Translations under genes and position numbers: made by a program
Part shown: one piece after another, positions 37,501 to 50,111 of the stretch
Numbering within the stretch: the stretch's first letter is position 1
How the letters are laid out: each line of letters opens with the position of its first letter
Source of the DNA: Harriotta raleighana
Taxonomy: Eukaryota
Length of the DNA: 64,000 nt
NCBI GenBank assembly: GCA_050575255.1
Contig: JBNZDD010013626.1
Span: forward strand, 2,052,056 to 2,116,055
Direction of reading: 5' to 3'
Notes under the pieces: generated by a model
Told to the model about the DNA's origin: nothing
Database searches by the model: none
Seen by the model: only the letters and a program-made list of their open reading frames with translations

Positions 37501-38723
37501 GTAGCATCAGTCAGGACCTTATTTTAGGTCCTTACTTGAGTTTGTTTGTGTTTCTACGCAAACATTTGTACCATCTATTGCCTTTGTTTATTCTAAATTG
37601 GCCTATTTTCCTGTTACCAGTATAGGATTTTTTTTTTCTTTCTTCCTTCTGTGAAAATTCAAACAGGAATTTCCAGATGACTAAGGTAGAGGTATTTCCA
37701 AGGTTTCCACACCGAGGGAGAGGCAAGTTACTCCTGGGCTAGGCAGTGGAAAGGATAGGCCAGTTACCACTCTAGATCCTTAACCTACTGAAAAGTGTAG
37801 GTGTGTACACGTTGGGCGAGGACACAATTTAGCTTAGATATATAATTTTCTCACAGTTGGATAACTTGCCATAAAGACATGCTTGAAGAATGGCCACTTA
37901 GTTTAAGCCTTTGTAGTGTCTTACTCCTCCACAGCATTAGTCAGTCGGCTTCATGCAAATTTAGCAATGCATAGCACGTAAACCATAAAGAATTGGTTAA
38001 GTGTTGATTATGTTAGTTTGTCTTTATTCAATGCAGCATAGGATTGCCAAAGATGGCTAAAAATAACCAGTATTGCTGTAGGGATTTAGAGGAAGTTTTC
38101 TTTGCAATTCCTGTATTTACAGTAAATTTTGATTGTTCATGAACATTTTCATTCCCAAGTCATTTTGTGCTGCTCCCATAGGCAGCAATGTCTGGCATCA
38201 TTATTTAGGTATTCCTGTTTCTCAAGTAATTCAGATTATTGAATTGTTTGAGTTGTTTATTTCAGCATCCTTATATTTACCTTGTGTTTCCTACCCCAAT
38301 AAAAACCAAACATAGGTCTGTAACCAGCAGCTGTTCATGAACATTATCTAATCATTCATTACCTGTTATGTTTGTACAGTAGTATTTATAGATTTATTTT
38401 TTTAAAATAATTTGAACTCTGGGATGCAGTGAACTTCAATGTCAAATACCCCTCCATCTATATCATACTGATTGACAGAATAACTAAACAAACATTCAAA
38501 TTACAGATGTGACTGGTAAAAGGTGCACGATACAATAAAGGCTACACTTTTACTTAAACTGGCTCTGTGCAACTTGTGTTGGCACTACAGTAAACTGGAA
38601 CGTCATCTTCAGCTGGAAAGGGATGAAATAAACTGACTTGAATGAAACAATATGTTTTGTAATCAAGCACTTCAAGCTGTTTAGAACTGATTTGTTTACG
38701 CTAATGTTTTTGATGACCTTAAG

Positions 38724-38845
38724 GCTGTCCGATTGGAAAGCAGCTGCTTACAACGCACTCGATACATGGTGGTCGTCTCCACCAATGGAAGGCAGGACAC
38801 GGAAGAAAGCATTGTTTTAGGAATGGATTTTCTCTCCAAAGACAA
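38724..38845 (+). CDS. ssh2: ssh2 exon 5 (122 nt; AVRLESSCLQRTRYMVVVSTNGRQDTEESIVLGMDFLSKD-N)
   Basis: ccttaag|GCT acceptor, AA|gtaaga donor; slingshot N-terminal domain sequence. Confidence 0.95.
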
Positions 38846-38896
38846 GTAAGAAATTCTCAGCTTGTTTAATATCTTGTCTAATAATAATTTGTTTTA

Positions 38897-39265
38897 AATG
38901 TGGTCATTCAATCTCCACAACTGTTTGTGGGACACTACTTTGCGCAATTGGCTGCTCAAAAGATATATAGTCAATTCACTTTGCAGTATATTCCGTGAAG
39001 CGATTTGAGAACGTCTAGAAGATGTGATAAGAACTAGATTAAAAGCAAAGATTATTATTATTGTTAGCACGTTATTAACCCTTTTAACTGTAAACTTGTG
39101 CACTTGAAAATGCCAGGTTTTTTGCTTTCTCACGAAGTTCACCTGCACAGCCATGCAGAATGTTCAAATGTACAGTAATTTCACTTACAGTATATTCGGT
39201 GAGGTGCTTTGAAAAGTCTCGAAGATGTGATAATGCGTATATCGAATGCAAGGATTATTATCATA
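38897..39265 (+). mobile_element. Two adjacent SINE 3' fragments
   Basis: ~38897-39063 (body and tail) and ~39170-39263 (tail) both match the 15411 SINE. Confidence 0.78.
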
Positions 39266-40144
39266 CAAAGGCGCTATATGAAATACAAGACTTGTGATTA
39301 AAAGTTGAGTTTTGACCAAAAGCTGTATGCTAAAGCATTGCTGTAAACTCAACATCTAGACTAATTCTGTTAATGGATTTGCGGTCACTTCATAAGCTAT
39401 TATGAACCTCCCATGGTTCATTGTTCCAGCATCTAAACCATATTTGCTGGATTCCTGCAGTGTATTTGTTGTATATAGTGCAGTACTATTAATCTGATTC
39501 TTATGGGGTGCCTTTGCTGCTAGCAACCTCTACAGCAGATTGGTAGGTATTGGTGTGCTTCAAAATAAGTCTTATGAGTTCAATGGGAGTTCGAGTTTGT
39601 CACAAAACTGATTTGTTGGAAAGATCTTTAAATCTTTTGATGCTTTAAGTAAGAATTATTTAGGTGAATGAAGTGGGGAAATGCAAAATAACACCAATTA
39701 TAGTACTTCCAAGATTTCAACAGCGTTCCAATTGCATTTGTGGTTTATGAGATTTTTCTTATCCTCGAGTGCATTGTCATGCGATGAGTATTGTGGTTAA
39801 CAGTGTGTTTTAATACATTATATGCACAGATATTAGTGGAAGTTATGATTCTCATATTTCAAAATCTGTTTAACCGCATCTTAGTGAAAAATGTTTTGCG
39901 TGTGTATAGCTGCACCTTTTACACTGGGAGAAAAGGCTACAAAAGATAAACTTAATTCTCAGATGTAAAGATTTTCAATCTTTTGCATTTCAGCACTCAG
40001 ATTTTAAGATGTATTTCAACTAAGTGACAAAGTTGTGTTTCTTTCAGCACATCTCCTTTCTTGTGTTTATTCTCATTCTTGTTTCATTTTGTTGTGTGAG
40101 TTTTCCAATTGCTAGTATGACATTCAGCCCCTTAAGTATGATTA

Positions 40145-40290
40145 AATAATAATCCTTATGATCTGGAATAGAGCCTTTCATGTCAGGAGGATGTTGAAAG
40201 CACGTCTTAGAATATGCTATAAACTGGAGCAATTTGGTGTTTTGTGGGAGAACACAGCAGCCAATTTGCACACAGCGGTGTCTTACAAAT
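40145..40290 (-). mobile_element. SINE 3' fragment
   Basis: AATAATAATCCTT...CAGCAGCCAATTTGCACACAGCGGTGTCTTACAAA is the reverse complement of the SINE body and tail. Confidence 0.65.
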
Positions 40291-41257
40291 AGAATATCAC
40301 TTTACTTGGGCTGAAAAAAGAATAATGTTAAAATAACCTTGAGACAAATTGAGTTTGGAAAAAAACAAATCAGGCAGCATTGATTTCCAGACATTGATTT
40401 GGATGAAAGTCTTTAAAATATGAATGAGCATTTTGCTGGTGAATGTGTTGGGACATTCAGATTTTACCCTATCATTGACTTTGAGAAATTGGGATTAATT
40501 GGAACAAAGGGTAAAATCTATCAGAAGATGATGCCTTGTAAATCTGTTTGAAGGTTAGAAGAAAAGGAAGTTCTCATCTGAATGAAATACTGTAATTAAT
40601 CTTGCTTCAAGCCTTTGCTTTCCATTGGTTTGAACGAACAGTTCATCATGGTTTCTCGGATCCAGTGTCTGTGTGCATTTATATAAAGTTGAGGGACGAG
40701 TAAAGGTTAGTATCAATTAGGTCGCTCTCTTTCTCGAAATATATACAAAGCTCGAATTACTGTTTCAAAGACCTTCCTGCTGCTGTTACTTGCCAACGCG
40801 ACATCTCTGAAATACATTTGAGAACTCATGATCAGGCAGATTACTCGCCACTTATCTGTCAAGTTCTTCATGGAATTCTGTAACAGCATAGTTCGTTGCC
40901 ATGTAGACAGGACAACATTCTCTTTATAGTTGCATGTCAGGCCAGTGATTCCAGAAATGGCTTAAACACGTGGCTGTGTGTGTGGGGGGGAGGTGGTGGG
41001 GGGCAAGAGGCAAGAGACTGATTAGCCTTTGCTGGCAAGGGAACCTAAAAATATCCACCAACTATGGGGAGCTTTTAATAAAACTTTTTCCATGAGTTCA
41101 TCTTGTGTAGTCAACAGAAATTATTTGCGTTAAGTGTCTTCTTGAACTGCACTGCTATATAATGGTTACAGTAAGCATAGCTTCCAAATTGGGACGATCA
41201 TTTTAAAGATTGATTGCATAATGCTGACGGGTGTTAAATTCTATTAAGTGTATATTA

Positions 41258-41376
41258 CGCCCACAAAATACAGTCAATTTACTTTACTGTATATTCTATG
41301 AAGCGATTTGAGATGTCTTGAAGACGTGATAAGACACTATGTCAATTGCAAAGATTATTCTTATTATTCTTATTAC
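41258..41376 (+). mobile_element. SINE 3' fragment
   Basis: CGCCCACAAAATACAGTCAATTTACTTTAC...GCAAAGATTATT. Confidence 0.75.
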
Positions 41377-41700
41377 TAAGAGTCCTATTCTAGTTCATAG
41401 GCTAATTTGCACCTACATGACTGTGTTCTGTACTATTTACAATTCTCTTTTTGTTTGAATAGCATTATATAAGGTTAAATTGTTTAAGATTACCCCGCAT
41501 GCTACACTTATAGTTACTTTGATACTTAAAGGAACAATTGGCCATTTCACTTTTCCAAACTATACTAAATGTACCAAATGTAAGTGGGTAAATAATGTAC
41601 CTCCTCTATTAATTCATTTCTATTGAAGGCTTCTGTATAAAACAATGTGTAACAAAGTGTACAGCAACAATGCTTACTTCAGATTACGTTATCTTTGCAG

Positions 41701-41769
41701 CAGTACATGTACAATGGGCCTGGTTCTTCCACTGTGGAGTGACACACTGATCCATTTGGATGGTGACGG
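41701..41769 (+). CDS. ssh2: ssh2 exon 6 (69 nt; STCTMGLVLPLWSDTLIHLDGD-G)
   Basis: ctttgcag|CAG acceptor (NAGNAG), GG|gtaagt donor; conserved LPLWSDT..LDGDGGF motif. Confidence 0.95.
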
Positions 41770-43079
41770 GTAAGTACACTAGGTTCCCACATCTAATCTC
41801 TCAGTAAGACTTTGGGTGTCTATAACATTGAGTCTGTAAAGTAAAATCCCCATTTAGCCAAGAATGCCCCCAAACACAACAGAAATGAGGGTCAATCTTC
41901 AGTGCCAAATGCTGTAAATTAATTCTTGAAGTCAGTCCTTCTGTTCCATTTCTCTCACGTTGTTTTGTTTCTACACTATCTTTCTGTGCTGTGTTATGTG
42001 ATTTCCTAACCTAGCATCACAGTTTTATCCAAAACAATTTTAAAACGAACTGTACAATTTAAACTGATTGCACATTTAATAATGCAATGACATTTTTAAC
42101 TTGTCTTTAATTTCAGTAAATGCCCACCAGGCTCACATTTAGTGCTTCCAAATGAAGATTGAGATGTTATTATAGAAACACAATGAAATAATCTTCAGTT
42201 ACCAGTGTTAAACATTACATGTACAATAGTGTGGATTATAATATGGATTCACTTGTAGCTTGACCGACCGGGATGGGACACCCAGCATTTACTTATCAAA
42301 ATATCCAAATTGAGTACAGAAATTCATTTGTTTTTTTTGGGAATCAAGTCAGCTTTCTGCATTCATACACAGTGCGTACGGTAAAGCTGAGTAGTGATCG
42401 ATTGCGCCCCATTATATTGCTGGTTGAGATTTCATGGGCTTCCAACAATTGTGCTGTAATGAGGCTGTATTGTGTAAAGCATACCCTGAACATGCCAGCT
42501 GGCATTTCCTCAATCACAAAACAGTACCTTTGTCATAATAGTGTATGGCATTATGACCTCACAGAATCTTAACTGGCGTACAATAATAAACATGTTTTGT
42601 TTAAATATCTTGGCCTTGATCAGCACAGAGGCAATTTATTGCCTCGTACACTGCAGAGAAATGGACAGTATTACCCCAGGAGGCATGGTAAATGTCACCT
42701 GATCATTTGTTAGAATTAGGTAAACTAAGTTGAAAGAATAAAGTTAGAATTTTTTTTGCAGAAAGAAAGCTATATTATTCATTTCCACTGATCTCTTCGC
42801 ATCTCCAGCTGTGTACCTGTACTGCTCCTAATATGGCAGGAAGCCTTCTCCAGGCCTAAGTCAATGGATTTTAGTGCCTTGGAGTGATACCACCAAATTT
42901 ATCTTCCTGTGGAGTAATGCAAAGGCTTCCATCAAAAACCACTTTGCTTTGCTATCAGCAAATATTGATGTAGAGTTAGTTTGCACAATACAATTATGGG
43001 ACTTTTAAAACCTGGATATTTTCTATAAATGTTTCTGGTGTCAAATCTACCATTTCTAAACTATTCTTTTCCTCTCCAG

Positions 43080-43145
43080 GGGTTTTAGTGTGTCAACGGT
43101 GAACAGAATTCACATCTTCAAACCCGTCTCTGTCCAAGCAATGTG
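43080..43145 (+). CDS. ssh2: ssh2 exon 7 (66 nt; GFSVSTVNRIHIFKPVSVQAM-W)
   Basis: cctctccag|G acceptor, TG|gtgaga donor; conserved FKPVSVQAMW motif. Confidence 0.96.
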
Positions 43146-43436
43146 GTGAGAACCCCCGAATCATCTGCATGAGTTTCTTTTATTGTTAAACCAGAAAGCC
43201 TTAAACAATAAGAACTTTCAATGGAAAAGTAATCAGAAAGTACAATGGTCTTAAGCATGATTCTAAGCACTCTTGGTAGATATTGCTCAGTTTAGTCAAA
43301 CAAATTATACATTCTCTTTTCCTCTCTCCCCATAAAATAAAAATTGGTTTCGCCTGTAATTTTAGTACCTTTTGAAAACGTCTTGTACGAGACAACCTTT
43401 GCCGATTAATTTATTAATTTATATTTTTGTCCAAAG

Positions 43437-43631
43437 GTCTGCTTTGCAGAGTTTGCACAAAGCCTGTGAGATCGCCAGAACGTACAACTACTACCCAGGG
43501 AGCCTCTACTTAACGTGGATCAGTTACTATGAAAGCCGTATCAATTCACACCAGGCCTTTATCAATGAATGGAATGTTATGCAGGATGTGCTGTCACACC
43601 GTTCTGATTCACCTGTCCTGTTCACTGATGT
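43437..43631 (+). CDS. ssh2: ssh2 exon 8 (195 nt; SALQSLHKACEIAR...SHRSDSPVLFTD-V)
   Basis: ccaaag|G acceptor, GT|gtacgt donor; lies within ORF 43372..43656; phase fits exon 9. Confidence 0.94.
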
Positions 43632-43774
43632 GTACGTATGTTCTTCTCATCTCTGAGATCCTCTGGGGTTATGTTAGTGAACAGTTATCTAATCGGTAAG
43701 CGACTAAGGATGGCCGCACGTCATTTAAAAAATGATCTTCCCGCATGCATTCAGGAATTTGCATCACATATAAA

Positions 43775-43803
43775 TATATATATATATATATATATACATA
43801 TAT
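43775..43803. repeat. (TA)n microsatellite
   Basis: Directly visible. Confidence 0.9.
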
Positions 43804-45475
43804 AAACACTTTGATATCCTGCTAATCTTTTCAAGCCCAACTGCTCTCTCTCTTGTAAAAGCCTTGGGAGGAAAAAATAATCTGAAAATGAAGAACCTTT
43901 ACTCTGGATTAAATGAAATTCAATGACACATACTGCATTTCTGCTGGCAGCTTGCACAGGCTTGTATAGAATACAAGTGCTGCAAATCAAGAACTCCATG
44001 AAGCTTTGCCCTCGCCTTGCCTAGCACATTATTTTTCATATTACCTCAATAGTGGATCTGCTGTGGAATGTCTTAACAAAATGATTCGCGTCACAAGAGG
44101 TTCAAATGAAGGCATCTCCAGCTCGATTGATAGCAAGTCAAAAACAGCCAAGTAGATCGCAAGATGTTAAATCAAGTGCAGTGTATCAATTCAGTTTGCA
44201 CCAAATCCACATTTATAATTGAATTGATTGTAGACAAGTCCTTTCACATCCCGGGCCCAAGCATGCTGTTATTAAATGCTCCTGGGGATTGGCTCTCAAG
44301 TGTGACCATCTTTGCTGATAAGGAAAACTATTTTTAATAACTGATAAAAAGGTTAGGCACTGCAGATAGCCACTGACAGGCAGACAGCATCCAGTTGCTT
44401 CCTTATTAGGAAGGTGAACCAGGGGAGATATTGATAGGTTTGAAACGTGCGGATGATAACTTGCAGTGTGCAGTAACCATGACTGACTGAATGTTACAAG
44501 CAGTGAGAAGATAGTACAAGTAGAATTGTAAACTGTTTTACAGAATGTCATCCAACCTTCTCTCGAAACTTAAACATTATTGTCATGTGGGAGCTGGTCC
44601 AAAGGATTAGTACAATCATCTTCCCTTGTTCTCTTGCTCCTTGCTTTCTTTCCATTTGACCCCCCCCTCCCTTGACCCAGACACATCTACAGGACTTGTA
44701 TGATTGACATGCAAAAAAAACAGGTGAAATAACTGAAACGTGCTTTTATCCAAATGCTACAAAGCTGGGTCTATGGCCTGGAAGAATGCAGTCGGAATCT
44801 CAGCCTTTGCTGACATTTGCACTCTGGCCTGAGGTCCGACCCTCAGATGGAATGGATTTCCTGCCCACATTGATACAGAAGCTGCCCATGGACATTGACT
44901 TACCGCTGGAAGTTCAACTCCCAAAAGTTAGACATCATGTTCAGAATTCTGCCAGGAATTAACTGCAGAGTTTGCTTACAAAATTGACAGTCACCACACT
45001 TTACTGTATATACAGTGTATTCCCAACATGCAACAAGCCAACCAAATAGAAGGATTATTATTACTGTATTTAGATACATTTGTAAAAAAAAAACATAACC
45101 ATATGGGATGGTTTGCAAATCATGGAGCTTTAGTTTTTAGGCCTTAGACTGCTGATGGGTTTACAGTTTCTGTTTTGGAGCAAGAAAAACAACAACAAAA
45201 TTACATTTGTATATTACATTGAGAACGTCCCAAGGCACTGGACAGACAGCATTTGCTCTCCCAGGATCATTTTATCCATTATGTTAATAAAAGTACAATA
45301 GCATAGTTGTTGCATCAGCCTGGCTTAGTTAGTGGCCTCTATAAGTTGTTTTTTTGTGAGTGGTGAGGGCGAACTTGATAGAAATTTCCCTATGAAGCTC
45401 TTTGAAGCACTCTTCCATTCTAGATGTAATATGGAGTGCAAAATTAATTATTGTTGGTACTTATATCCATTACAG

Positions 45476-45569
45476 ACCGCCTGAATGTGATGGAACTGAA
45501 AAACAAATTAAGGCAAAACTTCGCGAGATCATGATGCAGAAAGATCTGGAAAATATCACGTCAAAAGAG
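45476..45569 (+). CDS. ssh2: ssh2 exon 9 (94 nt; PPECDGTEKQIKAKLREIMMQKDLENITSKE), start of DEK-C-like domain
   Basis: cattacag|A acceptor, GAG|gtaggt donor. Confidence 0.95.
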
Positions 45570-45835
45570 GTAGGTCGAAATGCCCCCCCCCCTCACCTTC
45601 CTTTTAAATCAAAATGATGCTAAATAGATTCTGAAATGGTATATCCCACTGATTGACAAAGCTTAATGCCAAGCACATAAAATTAGGAAAACTAGTTTGT
45701 AGTCTTAATGCTGAATATCAGTTGGCTAATAAATAGATTGCCAAGTGGCTTGCTAACCTGTGTTTCTTGGCTGTTTTTCATCATGGAATGCGCTGGTCAC
45801 CTGAGTTAACTAACTCTTCTTGCATTCATTCACAG

Positions 45836-45964
45836 ATCCGCTTGGAGCTGGAAATGCAGATGGGATGCACTTTGAGAGAATTTAAGGAATTTATGGACAA
45901 TGAAATGATAGTCATTCTGGGACAGATGGATAGCCCAACTGAGATATTTGAGCATGTCTACTTG
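45836..45964 (+). CDS. ssh2: ssh2 exon 10 (129 nt; IRLELEMQMG...MDSPTEIFEHVYL)
   Basis: ttcacag|ATC acceptor, TTG|gtaagc donor; ends at the start of the dual-specificity phosphatase domain. Confidence 0.96.
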
Positions 45965-47588
45965 GTAAGCTTCCTACAACATATTTGGCATTTATCCTCA
46001 TCATATTGGAGCATAAGTTCATGTATATATGTTGATGACTCATTTGAAGTGGAAATAGCTGAGTCAGACAGCATCAACAACAACAATGTCTAACCAGCTA
46101 GTTTCCACTGTTTTAACGAGCTTTTGGGAAGTGTGTGAGGAATCCCAGATCGACCTGCAACCAGTCCTCTGGGAGCAAGACGTCTTACCTCCTGTTGGAA
46201 TCACCGCAATAGAATGATGGGAGTAATTGGTACAAATCTTTACCCAACCATTTGATTTTTTTTTATGATAACTTTCCGTCAGTGTCTCAAAGTACTGTAA
46301 TTCCTCAAAAAAAAAGTGAATTCTCAACCTCAAAATACTTCTGACACATTGGCACTTTACGTCAAGTACATTTCTTTTGTGTCCTCTCATCACCTTGCCC
46401 CCTGCCAACCTCCCTTATATTATTTCTGCCTAGATGGTGAGTAAACTATTGGCAGACTCCTCTGCATCTGTCAGCACCAGTATGTATTGTGACTTTCTAG
46501 TGGAAAGCACATGTACCTCAGGCAAGACTGATTGAATGACAACCTTTGTATGTATTGGATGTTGAGAACAAAGCCAACCTTCATAGGCCATTGTTGAATA
46601 TTGGGCAATGAGATTACTTCCTGCAACAAGACATCAAGTGGGATGAATCTTGCTGTGATTAGATGTTGAGGTGACCTATCATTCCCTTGTACCTCTTAGC
46701 AAATAATAAAAACAAAATATTTTGTAGCATACCGTTATTGACTGCAATTGAATGCTGTCATTGCACAGCTGTTGTAAAAATGACTGAGATAATATTGCAA
46801 TATTGTTGGCCATTTAAAGTAACTTTCGAAATGGGAAAGGGCAATATTATATTGTGGGGAAAAAACATTCTGATTTTTGTTAACTCACTAGATTCCTCTT
46901 TGCACTTCCTGCCCCCAGCGCACTTTTTTTTTCCTTCTGCTCTGCCAATCCTGCCTTCCTCACCCAAAATAAGATGGCTTTGAGTCCTTCTCTCAATGTT
47001 TCATATATATCGCTCTCCATCCACTTGAGAACAGCCAGTTCTTATTACCACCTCCCTAGCCCCAATGCGGTAAAGTCAATATTAACAGCCTTAAACTTGT
47101 CCCACCTGAGATCAACTTTTTAACCCCATACATAAAGGAATATGACTTGAGCTAGTGTCCTTGGAACCAAACTGAAGCATCAGTCAGCTCCTTAAAACAA
47201 GGAGAATTAATTGGAGGAGGAAAACTCTGATCTATGTAGCTCCTCAATTTAGTAGCTCCTCAATTCCAACAACCCAACACCAAGTTATCAGTGTTAGTTT
47301 TATTGCAGTATAAGAACCCATTATTCCACACAACACTGGTTTGTAACTTGGTCATGACAAAGAAGAATAGTCGTTTGCAAAACACAATGAGTTAATGATC
47401 TCCCCCAAGGCTTTGACTCTTGTGCTTGCCTGAAAGTTTCATTTTCCTGTTTCTCAAATGAAATTGAAATATGGCCTAGGTTAAAGTTGCTTACGTTAAT
47501 GCTTGAACTCTGCATTTAATGTCAGTTGTGAACATTTTGGATTTACCTGTTGAACTGAAGTCTCAGTCGGTATTGTCTATATTTCCAG

Positions 47589-47635
47589 GGATCCGAGTGG
47601 AATGCATGCAATTTGGAAGAATTACAGAACCAGGG
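47589..47635 (+). CDS. ssh2: ssh2 exon 11 (47 nt; GSEWNACNLEELQNQ-G)
   Basis: tttccag|GGA acceptor, GG|gtaagt donor; GSEWNA motif of the slingshot DSP domain. Confidence 0.95.
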
Positions 47636-48799
47636 GTAAGTGTTCTTGTGACTCTCATAAATTTAACCCAAAAAAACTGTCAGCCAGGACTGCATGTAGG
47701 GATGGGGAAAGAGAGTTCAGTATGTCAAAGTGCATCTCAGTGGGAATGTACTCAAATGAGCAATGATTTTAAAACTGGTATAACCTGTTCCTATTTTATT
47801 TGCAAAGAAAGGACAACTAGAGTCCATATGCTGATTTTGTACAAAGAAACCACTTAATATCTGTTGTTTATGTCATGTTAGTTTTGAACTTTTTCTTTTC
47901 CCAATACTACTGTGGATCAGTGTACCAATGGTCTGTTCTTGTTCAGCTCTTAGTGACTCCCGGTGCCAAAATTTGCATACTAAATATAAAGTATGTACTT
48001 TATGTAAAATATATAAAACCACTTTCATACAGCACTTTCAGATGTCTTGACGATGTAATAAGGCACTGTATCAATTGCAAAGATTACTATAAGAATTATT
48101 CTCTTCCGCCAGCCCCAACATAGTACTCAATTCAGTGGGAGATGCTTGTACTTTTAGCTAATTTCCGTGCTATTCTCCAGTGGGTCTGCAATGAAAGTTC
48201 TTGGCTTGAATGACTTTCAGTCAGACTGAAGTGGATAGTGCCTGAGATTTCTTATCTGTTTGTGAAAAGCCCACTGGTGAACATGTAAGGCGGCTCCCAG
48301 CAGGATTGGAGGTTATGGTGTCTCCACAGGGAAAGAAAAGATCAGGGGCCCATTTAGCTGATGTTCATGAGCCAAACAAGGCAGTGTTCTAGAGATGGGT
48401 CTTTATCTGTGGACAGCAGATGCCACTGCATGCCTCAGCAAGCCAGTATTGCAGTTTTTCTTCCCTTGAGGTCTGGTACACTCCTTGGCCAGAGATGAAA
48501 AAAAACACTGCCAACTGGGCAGGTGCAAATTTGAACTTGCTCCGTTGTTGCTGTTGGTGCTGAAGAGTCAATGAGGGTGAATTCCAGACTCCCCACCATT
48601 TTTGGCTTTATTTGAACCTACTTATTAATACAGGATACAATCCATATCCCATACCAGATGGGCATTTTTTAATCTCTTTTCCGACAATACTTTCAATGGG
48701 GACGTGCTTTGTATCAAAAACAGTACTTCCCCAGTTCAGTCGTACACTTCTGCACATAAACGCTTTTGGATTTGGAAAATCTGCCACCAAGTAATCTCA

Positions 48800-48930
48800 T
48801 CTGACGCTCCAGCAATCTGCTGGGGGAGATGGCATTGTCAAACGTACCACACTTCAGTTCACGTGTTAAACCGAGGTACCATTTGTCTGTTCAGGTGACG
48901 TTAAAAATCCGGCAGCAATTTTTTCCCAGT
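48800..48930 (+). mobile_element. DeuSINE-like central-domain remnant
   Basis: CTGACGCTCCAG...GTTAAACCGAGGTACCATTTGTCTGTTCAGGTGACGTTAAAAATCC resembles the Deu domain as recalled and parallels 62335-62440. Confidence 0.5.
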
Positions 48931-49724
48931 GACAATCCTCCAGATATAAAATGCCATTCACTTCATGGCTGTTTATGGGACACATTTTCAATTCAAATGC
49001 TTTTTCATCAAAAACCCCATCAACCAAGTGCTGTTCCCCAGCCAAAGGGAGGGGATAGAAGACGTACTCATTCCCTGGTCTCTGAGTGAAAGTATATCAA
49101 GTGTAACCTGGTTGATTGTTCTTTGTGTGGATTTATCCTCTCTTTGAGAAAGCAACTCCCTTTTTCTTGGCAACTACTCTGATGACATGAGTCAAGGTCA
49201 ACCATGTAGGAAATCAGTGACGCAAATTTGAACTCTGTATGTGTCAATTCAGTGCCTTGTGCCTTCAAAGTTTGTGCATAAATCCCTTTAAACCTTGTAA
49301 ACATCTGTTTAAATAGTTCAATTTTGTTTCGTCACTGTTAACAAATTGCCAATTAATCATCATATCTTTGATTGGTTAGAATTGCATAGTAGCTTGCAGG
49401 ACTTATTGAGATATTACATCCAGTGCAAGATTTCTGACCTGTCGTCAGAAGTTTTGTTAGATGGAGTTTTATTTTGTATACAGTGTTTTTAGATCATAGC
49501 TGTGCCAATGTTAATTCAGCATCTAAACTGATCAAAACATCATCTGAACTAAACTACATCTCCCCCTACAGGCACATCAGGTCTGTTGTTGTCCTGTGCA
49601 ATGCTAATTATTTGAAGGGAATTCACAAAATAAAATGGGAAAGGTCCCAAGCAAAATATTCTCCCAATACAAATTCGCTGCACATCCACTTATAAAGTGC
49701 ATAGTCACTACACTCACAGTTAAA

Positions 49725-49815
49725 AACCTGTAAAACGCTTTGAGACATCTCAAGGATACGATGATAATAATCCTTGCATTTGATATAGCGCTTTTCAACT
49801 TCTAGACGTCTCAAA
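49725..49815. mobile_element. Two opposed SINE tail fragments
   Basis: + strand AAACGCTTTGAGACATCTCAAG followed by - strand ATAATAATCCTTGCATTTGATATAGCGCTTTTCAACTTCTAGACGTCTCAAA. Confidence 0.65.
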
Positions 49816-49964
49816 TTATTATGCCTAAATCATATGCAAGGATCATTATGCCTATTTAGCTTGCATTTTAAGCAGCAGAATATTGTATGAAGCACCTGAA
49901 ATTTGTAAATATTAAGCGTGATCCATAACATGTCAACAACGTGACCTTCATGTTTCCAATTCAG

Positions 49965-50111
49965 GGTTCGGTATATCTTAAACGTAACTCGTGAGATAGA
50001 TAACTTCTTCCCAGGAATGTTTGAATACAACAATATCAGGGTATTCGATGAAGAGGCTACAGACCTGCTTGCATATTGGAATGACACCTACAAATTCATC
50101 TCGAAAGCAAA
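49965..50111 (+). CDS. ssh2: ssh2 exon 12 (147 nt; VRYILNVTREIDNFFPG...IRVFDEEATDLLAYWNDTYKFISKA-K)
   Basis: aattcag|G acceptor, AA|gtatgt donor; includes the presumed general-acid Asp (GAT 50047-50049). Confidence 0.96.

Noticed and set aside
45965-46093. Open frame continuing past exon 10
   Set aside because: A strong GTAAGC donor is present and a short read-through of this length is expected by chance.
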